From positions 1 through 37,918 of IMG/VR virus record IMGVR_UViG_3300037461_000486: a DNA stretch of 37,918 nt. One strand, 5' to 3'. Positions 9,111 to 18,750 of the stretch are shown piece by piece (positions within the stretch are counted from its first letter, which is position 1; the number at the start of each line of letters is the position of its first letter). Source of the stretch: a virus. Taxonomy: Duplodnaviria; Caudoviricetes. Below the pieces are notes generated by a model. That model saw only the letters and a list, made by a program, of their open reading frames with translations. It did no database searches and was not told where the DNA came from. Position numbers and translations under genes: made by a program.

Positions 9111-9338
9111 GTGGATACAAGACAATACGATCTAAATGAATTAAGAAGCGCATATAATAATGCAGATTCTTTTCAAAAAAAGCTAATAGAAAGGGCTGGT
9201 GCAAAAATACGTAAAGAAACACGGGCCATAAAGGAAATGCGTGAAGCGCTGGTTAGGGAACATAGAAACGGTAATACACAAAACATAAAAGATATACACG
9301 AATTTATTAAAAACAAAAGAAAATATTCAAACGAATAA
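9111..9338 (+). CDS. Hypothetical basic helical protein
   Basis: Probable GTG start at 9111 with SD AAGGAG, within the track ORF 9030-9338. Confidence 0.65.
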   Translation: MDTRQYDLNELRSAYNNADSFQKKLIERAGAKIRKETRAIKEMREALVREHRNGNTQNIKDIHEFIKNKRKYSNE

Positions 9339-9349
9339 GGAGGTGAACT

Positions 9350-9907
9350 ATGGCAACAGGTGAAGTTCAATTAGTAAAAATGGTAGAGGGGTTAGATGTA
9401 GACCTCGGAAAAGTTGAAATAGTTGATAGTGCTGGGACTAATACCGCAGATGTCAATGATGCTAGTGCTACAAGAGCAACAACAACCCATGTATTAGCAG
9501 TACAACATATAGACGCAGCAGGCGGTGTTTTGTCAGCTAACCCGGTATTAGGAGCAGGAGCAGCAGTTATAGGACAAGTTAATGCTTCTCAGGTAACAAG
9601 TCCTTGGATAACTGAAAATCAGTATAGTTATGCAAATGTAACAGCATCAGGGGCTACAGTAGTAAAAGCAACAGCAGGATTCTTGCATTCAATAACATTT
9701 AACAATGCAGCTTCAGGAGTAACAACGGTAATTTATGATGCATCAGGAGTGGGAACGATTATAGGAACTGTACTTCCTGGTCCATCAGCCGTAGCACAAG
9801 GACAGCCATTTACATTAACTTATGATGTTAAGTGTTTATCAGGTATTACAGCTTCACAGGTATCAGGTGTAGCAACAGGATCGAATTTAACATTTTCATA
9901 TAGATAA
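9350..9907 (+). CDS. Putative virion structural or decoration protein
   Basis: SD AGGAGGTGA; rich in A/T/S/G/V; GFLHSITFN...IYD beta domain; contains VNASQVTSPWIT. Confidence 0.75.
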   Translation: MATGEVQLVKMVEGLDVDLGKVEIVDSAGTNTADVNDASATRATTTHVLAVQHIDAAGGVLSANPVLGAGAAVIGQVNASQVTSPWITENQYSYANVTASGATVVKATAGFLHSITFNNAASGVTTVIYDASGVGTIIGTVLPGPSAVAQGQPFTLTYDVKCLSGITASQVSGVATGSNLTFSYR

Positions 9908-9909
9908 TT

Positions 9910-10353
9910 ATGGGTGATGTTAATAATTTAATATTCCGTACAAAAAGTGAACCAAGTGAAGAAAGAACGGCAAGATCGACTAAAGTTGAAAAAATTGATG
10001 CTGCACAAACAATCAAAGCAGATGGGGATGTTCCATTTACCGATTACCAAAAAGAACATAACCATCCATTCCTCGTCGATCACTTCGAATTGGGAGATTC
10101 ATGGCAAGATAAGTATGGAGGATTTGAAGAAGAAATTGACACGATTGAAGGATATTTTAGAGGGAAAATTGAACATGGACAGATGCAAAACGATACAGAG
10201 GCAGTAAAAGAACAATTTAAGAAGATATATAAGCTATGTAATATTGATAAGACGGAAAGAGTAACAATGCAGATAGAAAAATTGGCAGCATATATTAAAT
10301 TCTTAAAAGAAACAGACGATATCAAAATGAATCATTACAAGTATGGCAACTAG
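9910..10353 (+). CDS. Hypothetical protein
   Basis: 147-aa ORF in the operon. Confidence 0.8.
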   Translation: MGDVNNLIFRTKSEPSEERTARSTKVEKIDAAQTIKADGDVPFTDYQKEHNHPFLVDHFELGDSWQDKYGGFEEEIDTIEGYFRGKIEHGQMQNDTEAVKEQFKKIYKLCNIDKTERVTMQIEKLAAYIKFLKETDDIKMNHYKYGN

Positions 10354-11395
10354 AACAAAACCAAACCAGGATACACAATATAGCGAACAGAATGTCCTAA
10401 ATAATTCTTATGATAAGGATTATCATGTTTTGGCTGTAGAACAATTAGGATATGATTATTCAACTAATTCATTGATTAGAATTCAGGCTGATACAACAGG
10501 TTTAATGATACAGCCGATAAAGTTCTATACGGATGAAGGTATAAAATACTTCAAATTTAATGGTGATGCTCCACAAATATGTTCACAGGATTATCTCTAT
10601 GCAGTTGCAGAAGGCGATATAGCAGATCATGATGGATGGACGAAGTTAGGCTATAACGGTGACTTGGGGGCAGCAGAAGAAGACTTATGGGCTGTTGGCG
10701 GTAGTTATGTAGCTCCAACTGCTGAAATGGCTATGGAAGTGGTATCAAGTTCAGCATCAGATGTAGTTGGATCAGGAACAGGATTGAGGACTGTATCAGT
10801 ATATTACCTAGACGATACTTTTACTCCTAAGACAGAAGACGTTGCATTAAATGGTACAACACCAGTAGTAATGACAGCTTCAGATATTTACAGGATAAAC
10901 GCTTTCAGGGCAACTTCAGCAGGAGTAAATGGAAAAGCTGCCGGAAATATTGATGTAAGGCATATAGATAATACACCAGTTTATTCAAGGATTCCCGCAG
11001 GATACACACAAGCTAGGAATTCACACTATACAGTTCCAAAAGACAAGACGCTTTATATTACAAGTGTAACTTTTTCAGCAGGATCAGCAGTTGCCGGAAG
11101 ATCAGTAAGAATGACAACAAAAGCAACATGGGATAGCGCAGCAGGGGTCAAGCGTGATTTTTTCTATCCATTTACCGAAGTTATAGTTCAAGATGGGGCT
11201 TTTCATAAATCGCTCGAAATACCGACTAAATTTACGGAAGGTGTTGATTTAAAAGTAAGCGCAATATCACCAGATGGCGCAACATACGGATCATGTTCAA
11301 TAAAAGGGTGGTTAGAAGGAGAAACAGAAGAATCAGGCACAATAGATACAGGTCAGCCAATGGGATTACTAACAGCACTAACTTATCAAATTTAA
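10343..11395 (+). CDS. Putative virion structural protein
   Basis: KLGYN, VVSSSASD, GTGLRTV, LNGT, YTVP motifs seen in phage structural proteins; C-terminal GQPMGLLTALTY. Confidence 0.75.
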   Translation: MATRTKPNQDTQYSEQNVLNNSYDKDYHVLAVEQLGYDYSTNSLIRIQADTTGLMIQPIKFYTDEGIKYFKFNGDAPQICSQDYLYAVAEGDIADHDGWTKLGYNGDLGAAEEDLWAVGGSYVAPTAEMAMEVVSSSASDVVGSGTGLRTVSVYYLDDTFTPKTEDVALNGTTPVVMTASDIYRINAFRATSAGVNGKAAGNIDVRHIDNTPVYSRIPAGYTQARNSHYTVPKDKTLYITSVTFSAGSAVAGRSVRMTTKATWDSAAGVKRDFFYPFTEVIVQDGAFHKSLEIPTKFTEGVDLKVSAISPDGATYGSCSIKGWLEGETEESGTIDTGQPMGLLTALTYQI

Positions 11396-11411
11396 CAGGA
11401 GGTGAATAAAA

Positions 11412-12620
11412 ATGAGCGACAATCTAACAGTTACAGCAGGAACAGGAACAACAGTAGCAACAGATCAGGTAGGTACGGCACATTATCAAAGAGTTAAGGT
11501 AACAGATGGCACAGCAGATTCCGAAAATCACTTAATTGTTGATTCTTCAGGGAATGCAATGGTAAAGCTGGCAGCAGGAACAGCAGCTTTTGGGAAACTG
11601 GCAGCAAATAGCGGTGTAGATATCGGAGATGTGGATGTTACAAGTGTAGCAGTACATCAAGTAAATGCTTCCCAATTAACATCACCTTGGGTAACTAACG
11701 CTTCAGTTGTCAATGCACCTATAGCAGTAAACGCAAGTCAGGTTACTAGTCCATGGATCACTAATGCAAGTGTAGTTAATACTGTTACAACTAACGCAAG
11801 CCTTGTAAATATACAACAGGTGAATGCAAGTCAGTTAAGTAGTCCTTGGATAACAAATGCTAGTGTAGTTAATGCACCAATAGCAGTAAATGCATCACAA
11901 GTAACGAGTCCGTGGCTAACTAATGCGAGTATTGTCAATGCACCTATAGCGACAAATGCATCAATAGTTAATATTCAGCAAGTTAATGCAAGCCAACTTA
12001 CTAGTCCATGGATTACAAATGCATCAATAGTAAACGCACCGATTACGACGAATGCTAGTTTAGTTAATATCCAACAGGTTAACGCAAGTCAGTTATCTTC
12101 ACCTTGGATTACTAACGCATCTGTAGTAAATGCGCCTATTGCGGTCAATGCGAGTCAAACAACAAGTCCATGGATAACAAACGCATCAGTTGTTAATGCG
12201 CCTATAGCTGTTAATGCAAGTCAAGTAACTAGCCCTTGGGTAACAAATGCTAGTGTTGTAAATTCACATAGCGTATCAGCATCAGTTGTTGAAGACTTTA
12301 TAATCAAACAGACATTTGTACAGAATACGGCAGATTTTGCAGCTTCAGCAACAGCATGTGCATTATGGACACCGGCAGCAGGAAAGAAGTTCGCAGTAAC
12401 AGATATTATCGTTTCAGCATCAGCATCAGGGACGTTAACACTATTTGATCATGCAGACGGTACAGCTTCAAGGGTTGCTAAGTTTAACTTCGCAGCAAAT
12501 GGCGGAGCAGTTATTAATTACAGAAAACCAAGAATATCATCAACTGCTGATTATGTACTGAAATATACAGCAAGCAATACAGCAGCAGGATCAGTAACAG
12601 TTTCAGGATATGAGGTGTAA
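11412..12620 (+). CDS. Fibre-like virion protein with an NAS repeat shaft
   Basis: N-terminal VATD...HYQRVK and LAANSGVDIGDVDVTS, 19 N-A-S repeats, C-terminal WTPAAGKKFAVTD beta domain. Confidence 0.85.
   Translation: MSDNLTVTAGTGTTVATDQVGTAHYQRVKVTDGTADSENHLIVDSSGNAMVKLAAGTAAFGKLAANSGVDIGDVDVTSVAVHQVNASQLTSPWVTNASVVNAPIAVNASQVTSPWITNASVVNTVTTNASLVNIQQVNASQLSSPWITNASVVNAPIAVNASQVTSPWLTNASIVNAPIATNASIVNIQQVNASQLTSPWITNASIVNAPITTNASLVNIQQVNASQLSSPWITNASVVNAPIAVNASQTTSPWITNASVVNAPIAVNASQVTSPWVTNASVVNSHSVSASVVEDFIIKQTFVQNTADFAASATACALWTPAAGKKFAVTDIIVSASASGTLTLFDHADGTASRVAKFNFAANGGAVINYRKPRISSTADYVLKYTASNTAAGSVTVSGYEV
11664..12254 (+). repeat. 19 tandem 10-11 aa repeats, each beginning N-A-S
   Basis: Units NASQ(V/L)(T/S)SPW(I/V)T, NAS(V/I)VNAPIA(V/T) and NAS(L/I)VNIQQV; DNA diverged at synonymous sites. 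Confidence 0.95.
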
Positions 12621-12622
12621 AT

Positions 12623-13126
12623 ATGGCATCATATGATTTTACAGTAGCAGCTTGTCCGTGGGATTACGATCCTAATGTTAATTATCATTATCATACTAAT
12701 TATTTTTGTTCAAATAATGGAACATCTATTTATTGGGCATTATTAAAGTTCCCTTTTTCTCCAACGACATTATCTGCTCTTACATTAAATGTTGGTTGTT
12801 ATGGTTCAGGAGGTTCAGAGGTATTTCAAGTTAAGCCGATAACAGAAGATTTTACTCCTGAAACTGTTACATGGAATACTAAACCATCTGTAGGTTCTAG
12901 TTTAGGTGAGATAACTGCTGCATCTTTGGATACTAAGCAACTTGTAGTTTCAGATTTAACAGGATCAAGCGGATGGTATGGACTTGCATTCGTTCCAAAA
13001 ACATCAAATGATTCTATAGAGCTTGCTATCAATTATTGGGGTGGATATAAGACAAATATTGAATATACAGAAGGAGCAGCAGCTTCAACGCCAGGTCAAT
13101 TTCTTATTCCCGGTAAATACTGGTAA
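12623..13126 (+). CDS. DNRLRE/CBM96-like domain protein
   Basis: ALLKF...LTLNV...PITEDFTPETVTWNTKPS motif. Confidence 0.7.
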   Translation: MASYDFTVAACPWDYDPNVNYHYHTNYFCSNNGTSIYWALLKFPFSPTTLSALTLNVGCYGSGGSEVFQVKPITEDFTPETVTWNTKPSVGSSLGEITAASLDTKQLVVSDLTGSSGWYGLAFVPKTSNDSIELAINYWGGYKTNIEYTEGAAASTPGQFLIPGKYW

Positions 13127-13218
13127 TTGACAGAAAATATTAAAAAGAGTAAAACATAGTTGCTAATTCGTTCAAAAAGAATTGATAGGCACGATCTAAA
13201 AAGTCGTGTCTTTTTTTT
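13127..13218 (+). promoter_or_regulatory. Late leader copy 2
   Basis: TTGACA 13127; TGCT-AAT-TCGTTC(aaaaa)GAATTGA-TA-GGCA 13161-13191; terminator GGCACGAT/GTCGTGTC plus T8, then ATG 13219. Confidence 0.75.
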
Positions 13219-13377
13219 ATGGCTAAGAAGAAGAAAGAAGAAGTTATACCACAATATATACCCATGAGATGCCCCGTTTGTTCCGGCCACCGCACAGTAA
13301 ACTACGGAAAAGAAACTTGTAAATCATGTAACGGACTCGGTTTTATTAAAGTTCCACCAAAAATAAACAATGAATGA
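13219..13377 (+). CDS. Small DnaJ-type zinc-finger protein (52 aa)
   Basis: CPVCSGHR...CKSCNGLG; not in the ORF track. Confidence 0.75.
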   Translation: MAKKKKEEVIPQYIPMRCPVCSGHRTVNYGKETCKSCNGLGFIKVPPKINNE

Positions 13378-14227
13378 TTTAGTTGCGGGATATCACGGTT
13401 TTATAGGAAGCCATTTGGTCGAATTAATGGAAAAACAAGGCAAGAAAGTAGTGTCTATTCCACGTGAAGCAATTATACATAAAGATAGGCTTGAAGCCTT
13501 TCTAGGGCCACTACAGCCATTCAGAATTTATTATTTATCAGCTTACGGCAATCTTCACGGCCAGGATGACATTCATCTTATGTATGAAGTTATTGTAAAT
13601 AGGCTTCTAACATTACTTGAAGTTTCAAAAGATATGGATTGCCAAGGTTTTATAACTACTGGTACAACAAGTGAATACGGATACAAGAAAGAACCAATGA
13701 AGGAAGATCAGATACTTGTACCAACTTCTTTTTATGGTGCAGCAAAAGCAGCAGCAACTCATTTAGCGCAAGCATGGGCTATCCAATATGACAAGCCAAT
13801 AGTGGTATATAGGCCAGCTTCAGTAGTTGGAGTCCGGGAACACAAAATACATCTTATTCCAACGATTATAAGAAGTTGTCTATACAAAGAACCGATGGAA
13901 TTTATACCTGAACCTACACACGATTATATAGCAGTTGAAGATGTGGTAAGGGCAATAGCGCTTCTTGGTGAAAAAGCCTGGGAGTGTAAAGGTGGAATAT
14001 TCAATGTAGGAACAGGCAGACAATGGACAAACCAACAGGTTTTAACACTTATTGAAAATATAACCGGCAAAAAAGCAAACATAATAGGACTTAAAAATAT
14101 GCGTGTATTTGAAAAAAGTGAAACATGGATAGCAGATAGCAGTTTAATGAATAGCTTAGGTTGGGAGTCTGAAATAACGCTTTATGAATCATTAAAAAGG
14201 ATGATAGAACATGAACGAACCAATTAA
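13370..14227 (+). CDS. NAD-dependent NDP-sugar epimerase/dehydratase/reductase (extended SDR)
   Basis: GYHGFIG, TSEYG, YGAAK, HDYIAVED, FNVGTG. Confidence 0.92.
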   Translation: MNDLVAGYHGFIGSHLVELMEKQGKKVVSIPREAIIHKDRLEAFLGPLQPFRIYYLSAYGNLHGQDDIHLMYEVIVNRLLTLLEVSKDMDCQGFITTGTTSEYGYKKEPMKEDQILVPTSFYGAAKAAATHLAQAWAIQYDKPIVVYRPASVVGVREHKIHLIPTIIRSCLYKEPMEFIPEPTHDYIAVEDVVRAIALLGEKAWECKGGIFNVGTGRQWTNQQVLTLIENITGKKANIIGLKNMRVFEKSETWIADSSLMNSLGWESEITLYESLKRMIEHERTN

Positions 14228-14840
14228 AAACGAACTTATTAGGCGTGTTATAGATATATCTTATAAGCTGAAACTATCGCATATAGGATCATGTTTAACA
14301 TCACTTGGGATAATTGAAAGAATATATGAATCAAAAAAACATGATGAGCCTTTTATATTGTCAAATGGTCATGCAGCACTAGCTTTATATGTCATGATAG
14401 AAAAATATTATTTTAAAAATGCGGAAGATTTATTTTTGAAATACGGTACACATCCTGTAATGAGTTTAAAAGATAAAATATATTGTTCTACAGGAAGTCT
14501 AGGCCAGGGAATAACAGTTGCGGTTGGTATGGCACTTGCTGACCGCACAAAGAATGTATTTGTTCTTCTAAGTGATGGTGAATGTGCAGAAGGAAGCGTA
14601 TGGGAGGCGTTAAGAATAGCAGGAGAACAAAGACTAGAAAACTTAAAAGTAGCAGTAAACGCAAACGGACTTAGTGCTTATTCTCTTGTTGATGTGGATT
14701 TGCTTGATTCAAGGCTTCAATTATTTTATCCGACACTTGTGGTTAAAACCAATTTAAACCAATTCCCGGAATATCTAAATGGACTTGAAGGCCATTACCA
14801 TAAGTTATCAAAAGAGGAATACGAGGAGATAACAAAATGA
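14211..14840 (+). CDS. Transketolase-like N-terminal (ThDP-binding) subunit
   Basis: SHIGSCL, LSNGHA, STGSLGQG, SDGECAEGSVWEA...N. Confidence 0.92.
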   Translation: MNEPIKNELIRRVIDISYKLKLSHIGSCLTSLGIIERIYESKKHDEPFILSNGHAALALYVMIEKYYFKNAEDLFLKYGTHPVMSLKDKIYCSTGSLGQGITVAVGMALADRTKNVFVLLSDGECAEGSVWEALRIAGEQRLENLKVAVNANGLSAYSLVDVDLLDSRLQLFYPTLVVKTNLNQFPEYLNGLEGHYHKLSKEEYEEITK

Positions 14841-15334
14841 TATATCCAACACAAAAAGGCCATTTTGCACACTATCTTTATGAGGAGATGAAATACAACG
14901 AAAATATATGGCTGGTACTAATGGACTTAGGATATGGGGTATTTGATAGGCATAAGAAAGACTTTAAGGACAGGGTGATAAATTGTGGTGCTGCTGAACA
15001 AAGTGCTGTAGGAATAGCGGTAGGACTTGCATTAAAAGACAAGATACCTTTTGTTTATTCAATACCGAACTTCATGATTTACAGACCGTATGAATGGATA
15101 AGAAACTATGTAAATTACGAGTCTATACCGATAAAAATGGCTGTAGGCGGAAGGGACAAAGAATATAGTGAAGACGGTTTTACACATTGGTCTGAGGACT
15201 TAAAAGACGTTATGAAAGTATTTCCAAACATTAAACAATACTATCCGAAAGACAAAAGCGAAATACAAGGGATAGTCAAGGAAATAACTACAAACGGCAA
15301 GCCATGTTTACTAAGCATGACAAGATCAACATGA
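14837..15334 (+). CDS. Transketolase-like pyrimidine-binding subunit
   Basis: DLGYG, INCGAAEQ, GLAL, YRPYEWIR, GFTH; lacks the third transketolase domain. Confidence 0.9.
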   Translation: MIYPTQKGHFAHYLYEEMKYNENIWLVLMDLGYGVFDRHKKDFKDRVINCGAAEQSAVGIAVGLALKDKIPFVYSIPNFMIYRPYEWIRNYVNYESIPIKMAVGGRDKEYSEDGFTHWSEDLKDVMKVFPNIKQYYPKDKSEIQGIVKEITTNGKPCLLSMTRST

Positions 15335-16062
15335 ACGATTTTTGTTTTTTCACTTGTTATGACCACGTTTACCATGACACCGCAAAAGGGTGTGTCAATT
15401 CCATAAAGAAGTTCTACCCGGATGCCAAAATATATGAATTTATAGTTCCAAGAAAAGAAACAGGATGGGATTTACAGCATTTCTGCTGGTTTCATCTTAT
15501 TAAGGGAAAAGAACTGTTTGATGGATACAGACGCATAATAAGTGTTGATAGTGACCACGTTATGTGTGACAGATGCCCGGAATTGTTTGAAGACTTTGAT
15601 TTGGCAGTTGTGCAAAATAATATCCCGGTTACTGATACTTATGGCGGATTATCCAATAAAATCTATATCAATGCTGGACTTACAGTATGCACCAATAAAA
15701 AAGTATGGGATGAATGGATGGATGAGTATGACAAAAGATGCAAAAAAGGATGGAATGAACTACATGAACAGAACGCTTTAAATTACATCTATCATACTTC
15801 AAAAGCAAAAATAAAACTTCTCGAATACATGAATAAAACTTACGGAATATCTTCTATTGATGGTTATGAATATATGAAACTTATAGACGGAGAATTATAT
15901 GTACCAACAGAAGACATATATAGCCACGTTGTAACAGATAAAAAATTAAAGATGATCCATTTTGCAGGCAATGTATGGAAGATAAACGGAAAGATAATGT
16001 GGCACAAGATAAAAGATGAACAGGCGAGAAATTATTTAATAAGTTTAACAAAGGAGCTATAA
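15331..16062 (+). CDS. GT-A fold glycosyltransferase (GT8-like)
   Basis: DSD motif, YINAG, EQNALN, IHFAG; start at ATG 15331 (ATGA overlap). Confidence 0.8.
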   Translation: MNDFCFFTCYDHVYHDTAKGCVNSIKKFYPDAKIYEFIVPRKETGWDLQHFCWFHLIKGKELFDGYRRIISVDSDHVMCDRCPELFEDFDLAVVQNNIPVTDTYGGLSNKIYINAGLTVCTNKKVWDEWMDEYDKRCKKGWNELHEQNALNYIYHTSKAKIKLLEYMNKTYGISSIDGYEYMKLIDGELYVPTEDIYSHVVTDKKLKMIHFAGNVWKINGKIMWHKIKDEQARNYLISLTKEL

Positions 16063-16719
16063 ATGGCACTTAAAGCATTATATTACCCGGATGTCCCTGA
16101 AGATCAGGGAGGTTTCAATAGTTTATTTATTCCTTATATTTACAAGGAAATTTATCTTGAAGGCATATATACAGATATCTTCAATGTAAGAAAAGATATG
16201 GTAATTATGGATGTTGGGGCAAATATCGGATGTGTAACCCAATACATGCGTGAATATGCAAAAGTCATATATGCGCTTGAACCTTCAAAAGAACACTTTG
16301 AAGCATTATCAAAGAACATTGAATACAACAAATGGGATAACGTCAAAGCATATAATATGGCGCTTGCTGATAAAGATGGAGAGATGGCCCTTCATACTAA
16401 CTCAAACAACAGGACTTGTCACAGCTTAACACTTGATTATAAACAAGGTGAGGAGATGGTTAAAACTGTAAGGTTTGATACTTTTCTAAAAGACAACAAA
16501 ATTGAACAGATAGACTTCTGCAAGTTTGATGTAGAAGGCGCTGAAGATATGATTTTATACCATGATAGCTTTACATCTATTGCGCCAAAAGTAAAACAAA
16601 TAATGGTTGAATTTCATCATCCTACATGGCAAAAACTTGTAGAACATTTAATAAGACTTGGTTATGAAGCAAGGCGCTACAATTCAAGCGCTATAGTGGT
16701 TTTATTTTCAAGAGCATGA
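16063..16719 (+). CDS. FkbM family methyltransferase
   Basis: DVGANIG, EP, KFDVEGAE, VEFH. Confidence 0.92.
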   Translation: MALKALYYPDVPEDQGGFNSLFIPYIYKEIYLEGIYTDIFNVRKDMVIMDVGANIGCVTQYMREYAKVIYALEPSKEHFEALSKNIEYNKWDNVKAYNMALADKDGEMALHTNSNNRTCHSLTLDYKQGEEMVKTVRFDTFLKDNKIEQIDFCKFDVEGAEDMILYHDSFTSIAPKVKQIMVEFHHPTWQKLVEHLIRLGYEARRYNSSAIVVLFSRA

Positions 16720-17288
16720 TAATCAATTACGACAATGACAGGTTCATTAAGGAAGTTTTAGATGGTGATGAATACGGTTATCTTTTCAAAGATTTAACCA
16801 TTATTGACTTGGGTTGCAATATAGGCACGTTTTCATTAAGAATGCAGGATAAAGCGTCAATGATATATGCAATAGATATAGGGCAAAGCAATATAGACCA
16901 ACTTAATAAGACTATCCAAGACAACAAGTTTACAAATATAAAAACATATACGTTAGGCATATCAGGCAAAACAGGCAAGCGTGGAATAGAAAAAAGAGCC
17001 GGTGCTGAAATTGGCGCATGGTCATTAAACAAGACTGAAGATGATAGCGGAATAATGACATATACACTAAACGAATTTATGTTAAAGGAAAAAATAGAAT
17101 TTGTAGATGTTTTAAAAATTGACATAGAAGGTGGGGAAGATGAAGTATTTCATGCGCCTGACTTTCCAAAAACAATAAATACTATTATCGGTGAAAGGCA
17201 TAACTTATCGGTAGTAGAAGTATTAACAAGCAAAGGCTATAGATATAAGGAATATAAACATGAGCATTTTATAGCAAGAAAGATATGA
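16716..17288 (+). CDS. FkbM family methyltransferase
   Basis: DLGCNIG, KIDIEGGE, GERH. Confidence 0.9.
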   Translation: MIINYDNDRFIKEVLDGDEYGYLFKDLTIIDLGCNIGTFSLRMQDKASMIYAIDIGQSNIDQLNKTIQDNKFTNIKTYTLGISGKTGKRGIEKRAGAEIGAWSLNKTEDDSGIMTYTLNEFMLKEKIEFVDVLKIDIEGGEDEVFHAPDFPKTINTIIGERHNLSVVEVLTSKGYRYKEYKHEHFIARKI

Positions 17289-18031
17289 GAACTTGTTTTT
17301 TCACAATATCAGATGACAGGTATTATTACCCAGTAGGAACGCCAATACTTATTAATTCATTCAAGAAGTTTCACCCGGATATAGATTTAATAGTATTCCG
17401 ACAAGACATGATAGACAAGGTATTTCGGGAAAAGAATATCAACTTCTATAAGGCAAAGCCTGTATTTGCAAAACTATTGACTGATAAGTATGACTTGGTA
17501 GTAAATATAGATGCGGATTCAATAGTTCTCGATAGGCTAGACAAAATACTTGAAGGCGATTTTGATGTAGCCGTGCCGTCTAACTTCAACGATTATGAAA
17601 ACATGAGTATTGCAAACGTAACGGAAGAAATGTTTATCCAAGCAGGGCTTGTAGCTTCAACTAATAAAAGGTTTTGGGATATATGGGAGGAAGCAAACGT
17701 TGATGCAATGAAATACCAGGCGCAGGAAAATACGGTTTTAAACCTTCTATGGTACAACCATCCCGAACTTCAAAAGATGAACAAAGTTATTTTGGACAAA
17801 GATAAGGATTATTATGGCTGTAAAAGTTTAAACAGAGAAAAGGAATTTTACGTAAAAGACAATAAAATATGGTGCAGGGATGAACAGGTTTTTATCTATC
17901 ATTGGGCCAAAGGCGGTAGTGCTTTACCAAAGATGAGATTTGAACAATTAAGGTGTGAACAGGAAGTAGTCGAACACTTATACAAGATTGGTTATGAAGG
18001 GGTAAGCATATGCATAAGCCATATACAATAA
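17285..18031 (+). CDS. GT-A fold glycosyltransferase (paralogue of 15331)
   Basis: NSFKKFHPD, DAD, QAGL, QENTVLN, YHWA. Confidence 0.8.
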   Translation: MRTCFFTISDDRYYYPVGTPILINSFKKFHPDIDLIVFRQDMIDKVFREKNINFYKAKPVFAKLLTDKYDLVVNIDADSIVLDRLDKILEGDFDVAVPSNFNDYENMSIANVTEEMFIQAGLVASTNKRFWDIWEEANVDAMKYQAQENTVLNLLWYNHPELQKMNKVILDKDKDYYGCKSLNREKEFYVKDNKIWCRDEQVFIYHWAKGGSALPKMRFEQLRCEQEVVEHLYKIGYEGVSICISHIQ

Positions 18032-18750
18032 TTACACCGCCATTTGAAATTACTTCAGGGGGCATTCGTGTAATGTGGGGACTATACGGATGGTTGCTTA
18101 GTAAAGGCCAAATAGCTTTTGTAAACGCTAAGATAACAGGCGGGGAAAGCATTGCGATATATCCTGAAATAATGCAGGGAAATCCGGCAGAAAGTACACA
18201 CGTTGTAAGATACATTCTTCAAAAGCCCGGACTTGCTTCTTTCTATGGTAAACCTGGGCCGAAAGAATTCGATAAAAGCGATCATCTTTATTATTTTTCA
18301 AAGATGTATGCTCCAAATAATATTGACGATAACCATGTTATGTTTCTGCCGATACTTGATTTAAACCTATTCAAAGATAAAGGCAAGCAACGTGCTAAAA
18401 CATGTTACTTGGTTGGTAAAGGAAAAAACACAAATGTTCATCCAAAAGATTCTATTCTTATAAACCGCAAGTTCGCAAATAACCAACAAGCATTAGCAGA
18501 CTTACTAAATGAGTGCCACACAATGTATTCTTATGATCCTGCAACTGCTATGTTTGAAGTTGCAAGATTATGCGGTTGTAAAGTCGTTCTTTTCAATAGT
18601 GAAGGATTTGATTTATCCAAGTATGAACCGGGACTAAACGGCATAAACAGCGAATTAGATGTAAAAGCTTTCAGGAAACACTATATAGAAATGGTAATGC
18701 TATTTGATAGGAAAATAGATAAGTTTATAAGGGAGTCGCAATCATGGTGA
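18010..18750 (+). CDS. Putative GT-B glycosyltransferase (WavQ-like)
   Basis: SGGIRVM, IYPE..GNP, VVRY, YSYDPATA..EVARLCGC. Confidence 0.7.
   Translation: MHKPYTIITPPFEITSGGIRVMWGLYGWLLSKGQIAFVNAKITGGESIAIYPEIMQGNPAESTHVVRYILQKPGLASFYGKPGPKEFDKSDHLYYFSKMYAPNNIDDNHVMFLPILDLNLFKDKGKQRAKTCYLVGKGKNTNVHPKDSILINRKFANNQQALADLLNECHTMYSYDPATAMFEVARLCGCKVVLFNSEGFDLSKYEPGLNGINSELDVKAFRKHYIEMVMLFDRKIDKFIRESQSW

Noticed and set aside
11664-12254. Periodic repeats as a CRISPR array
   Set aside because: Repeats are conserved at the amino-acid level inside an ORF with synonymous DNA variation; there is no repeat-spacer structure and no cas gene.
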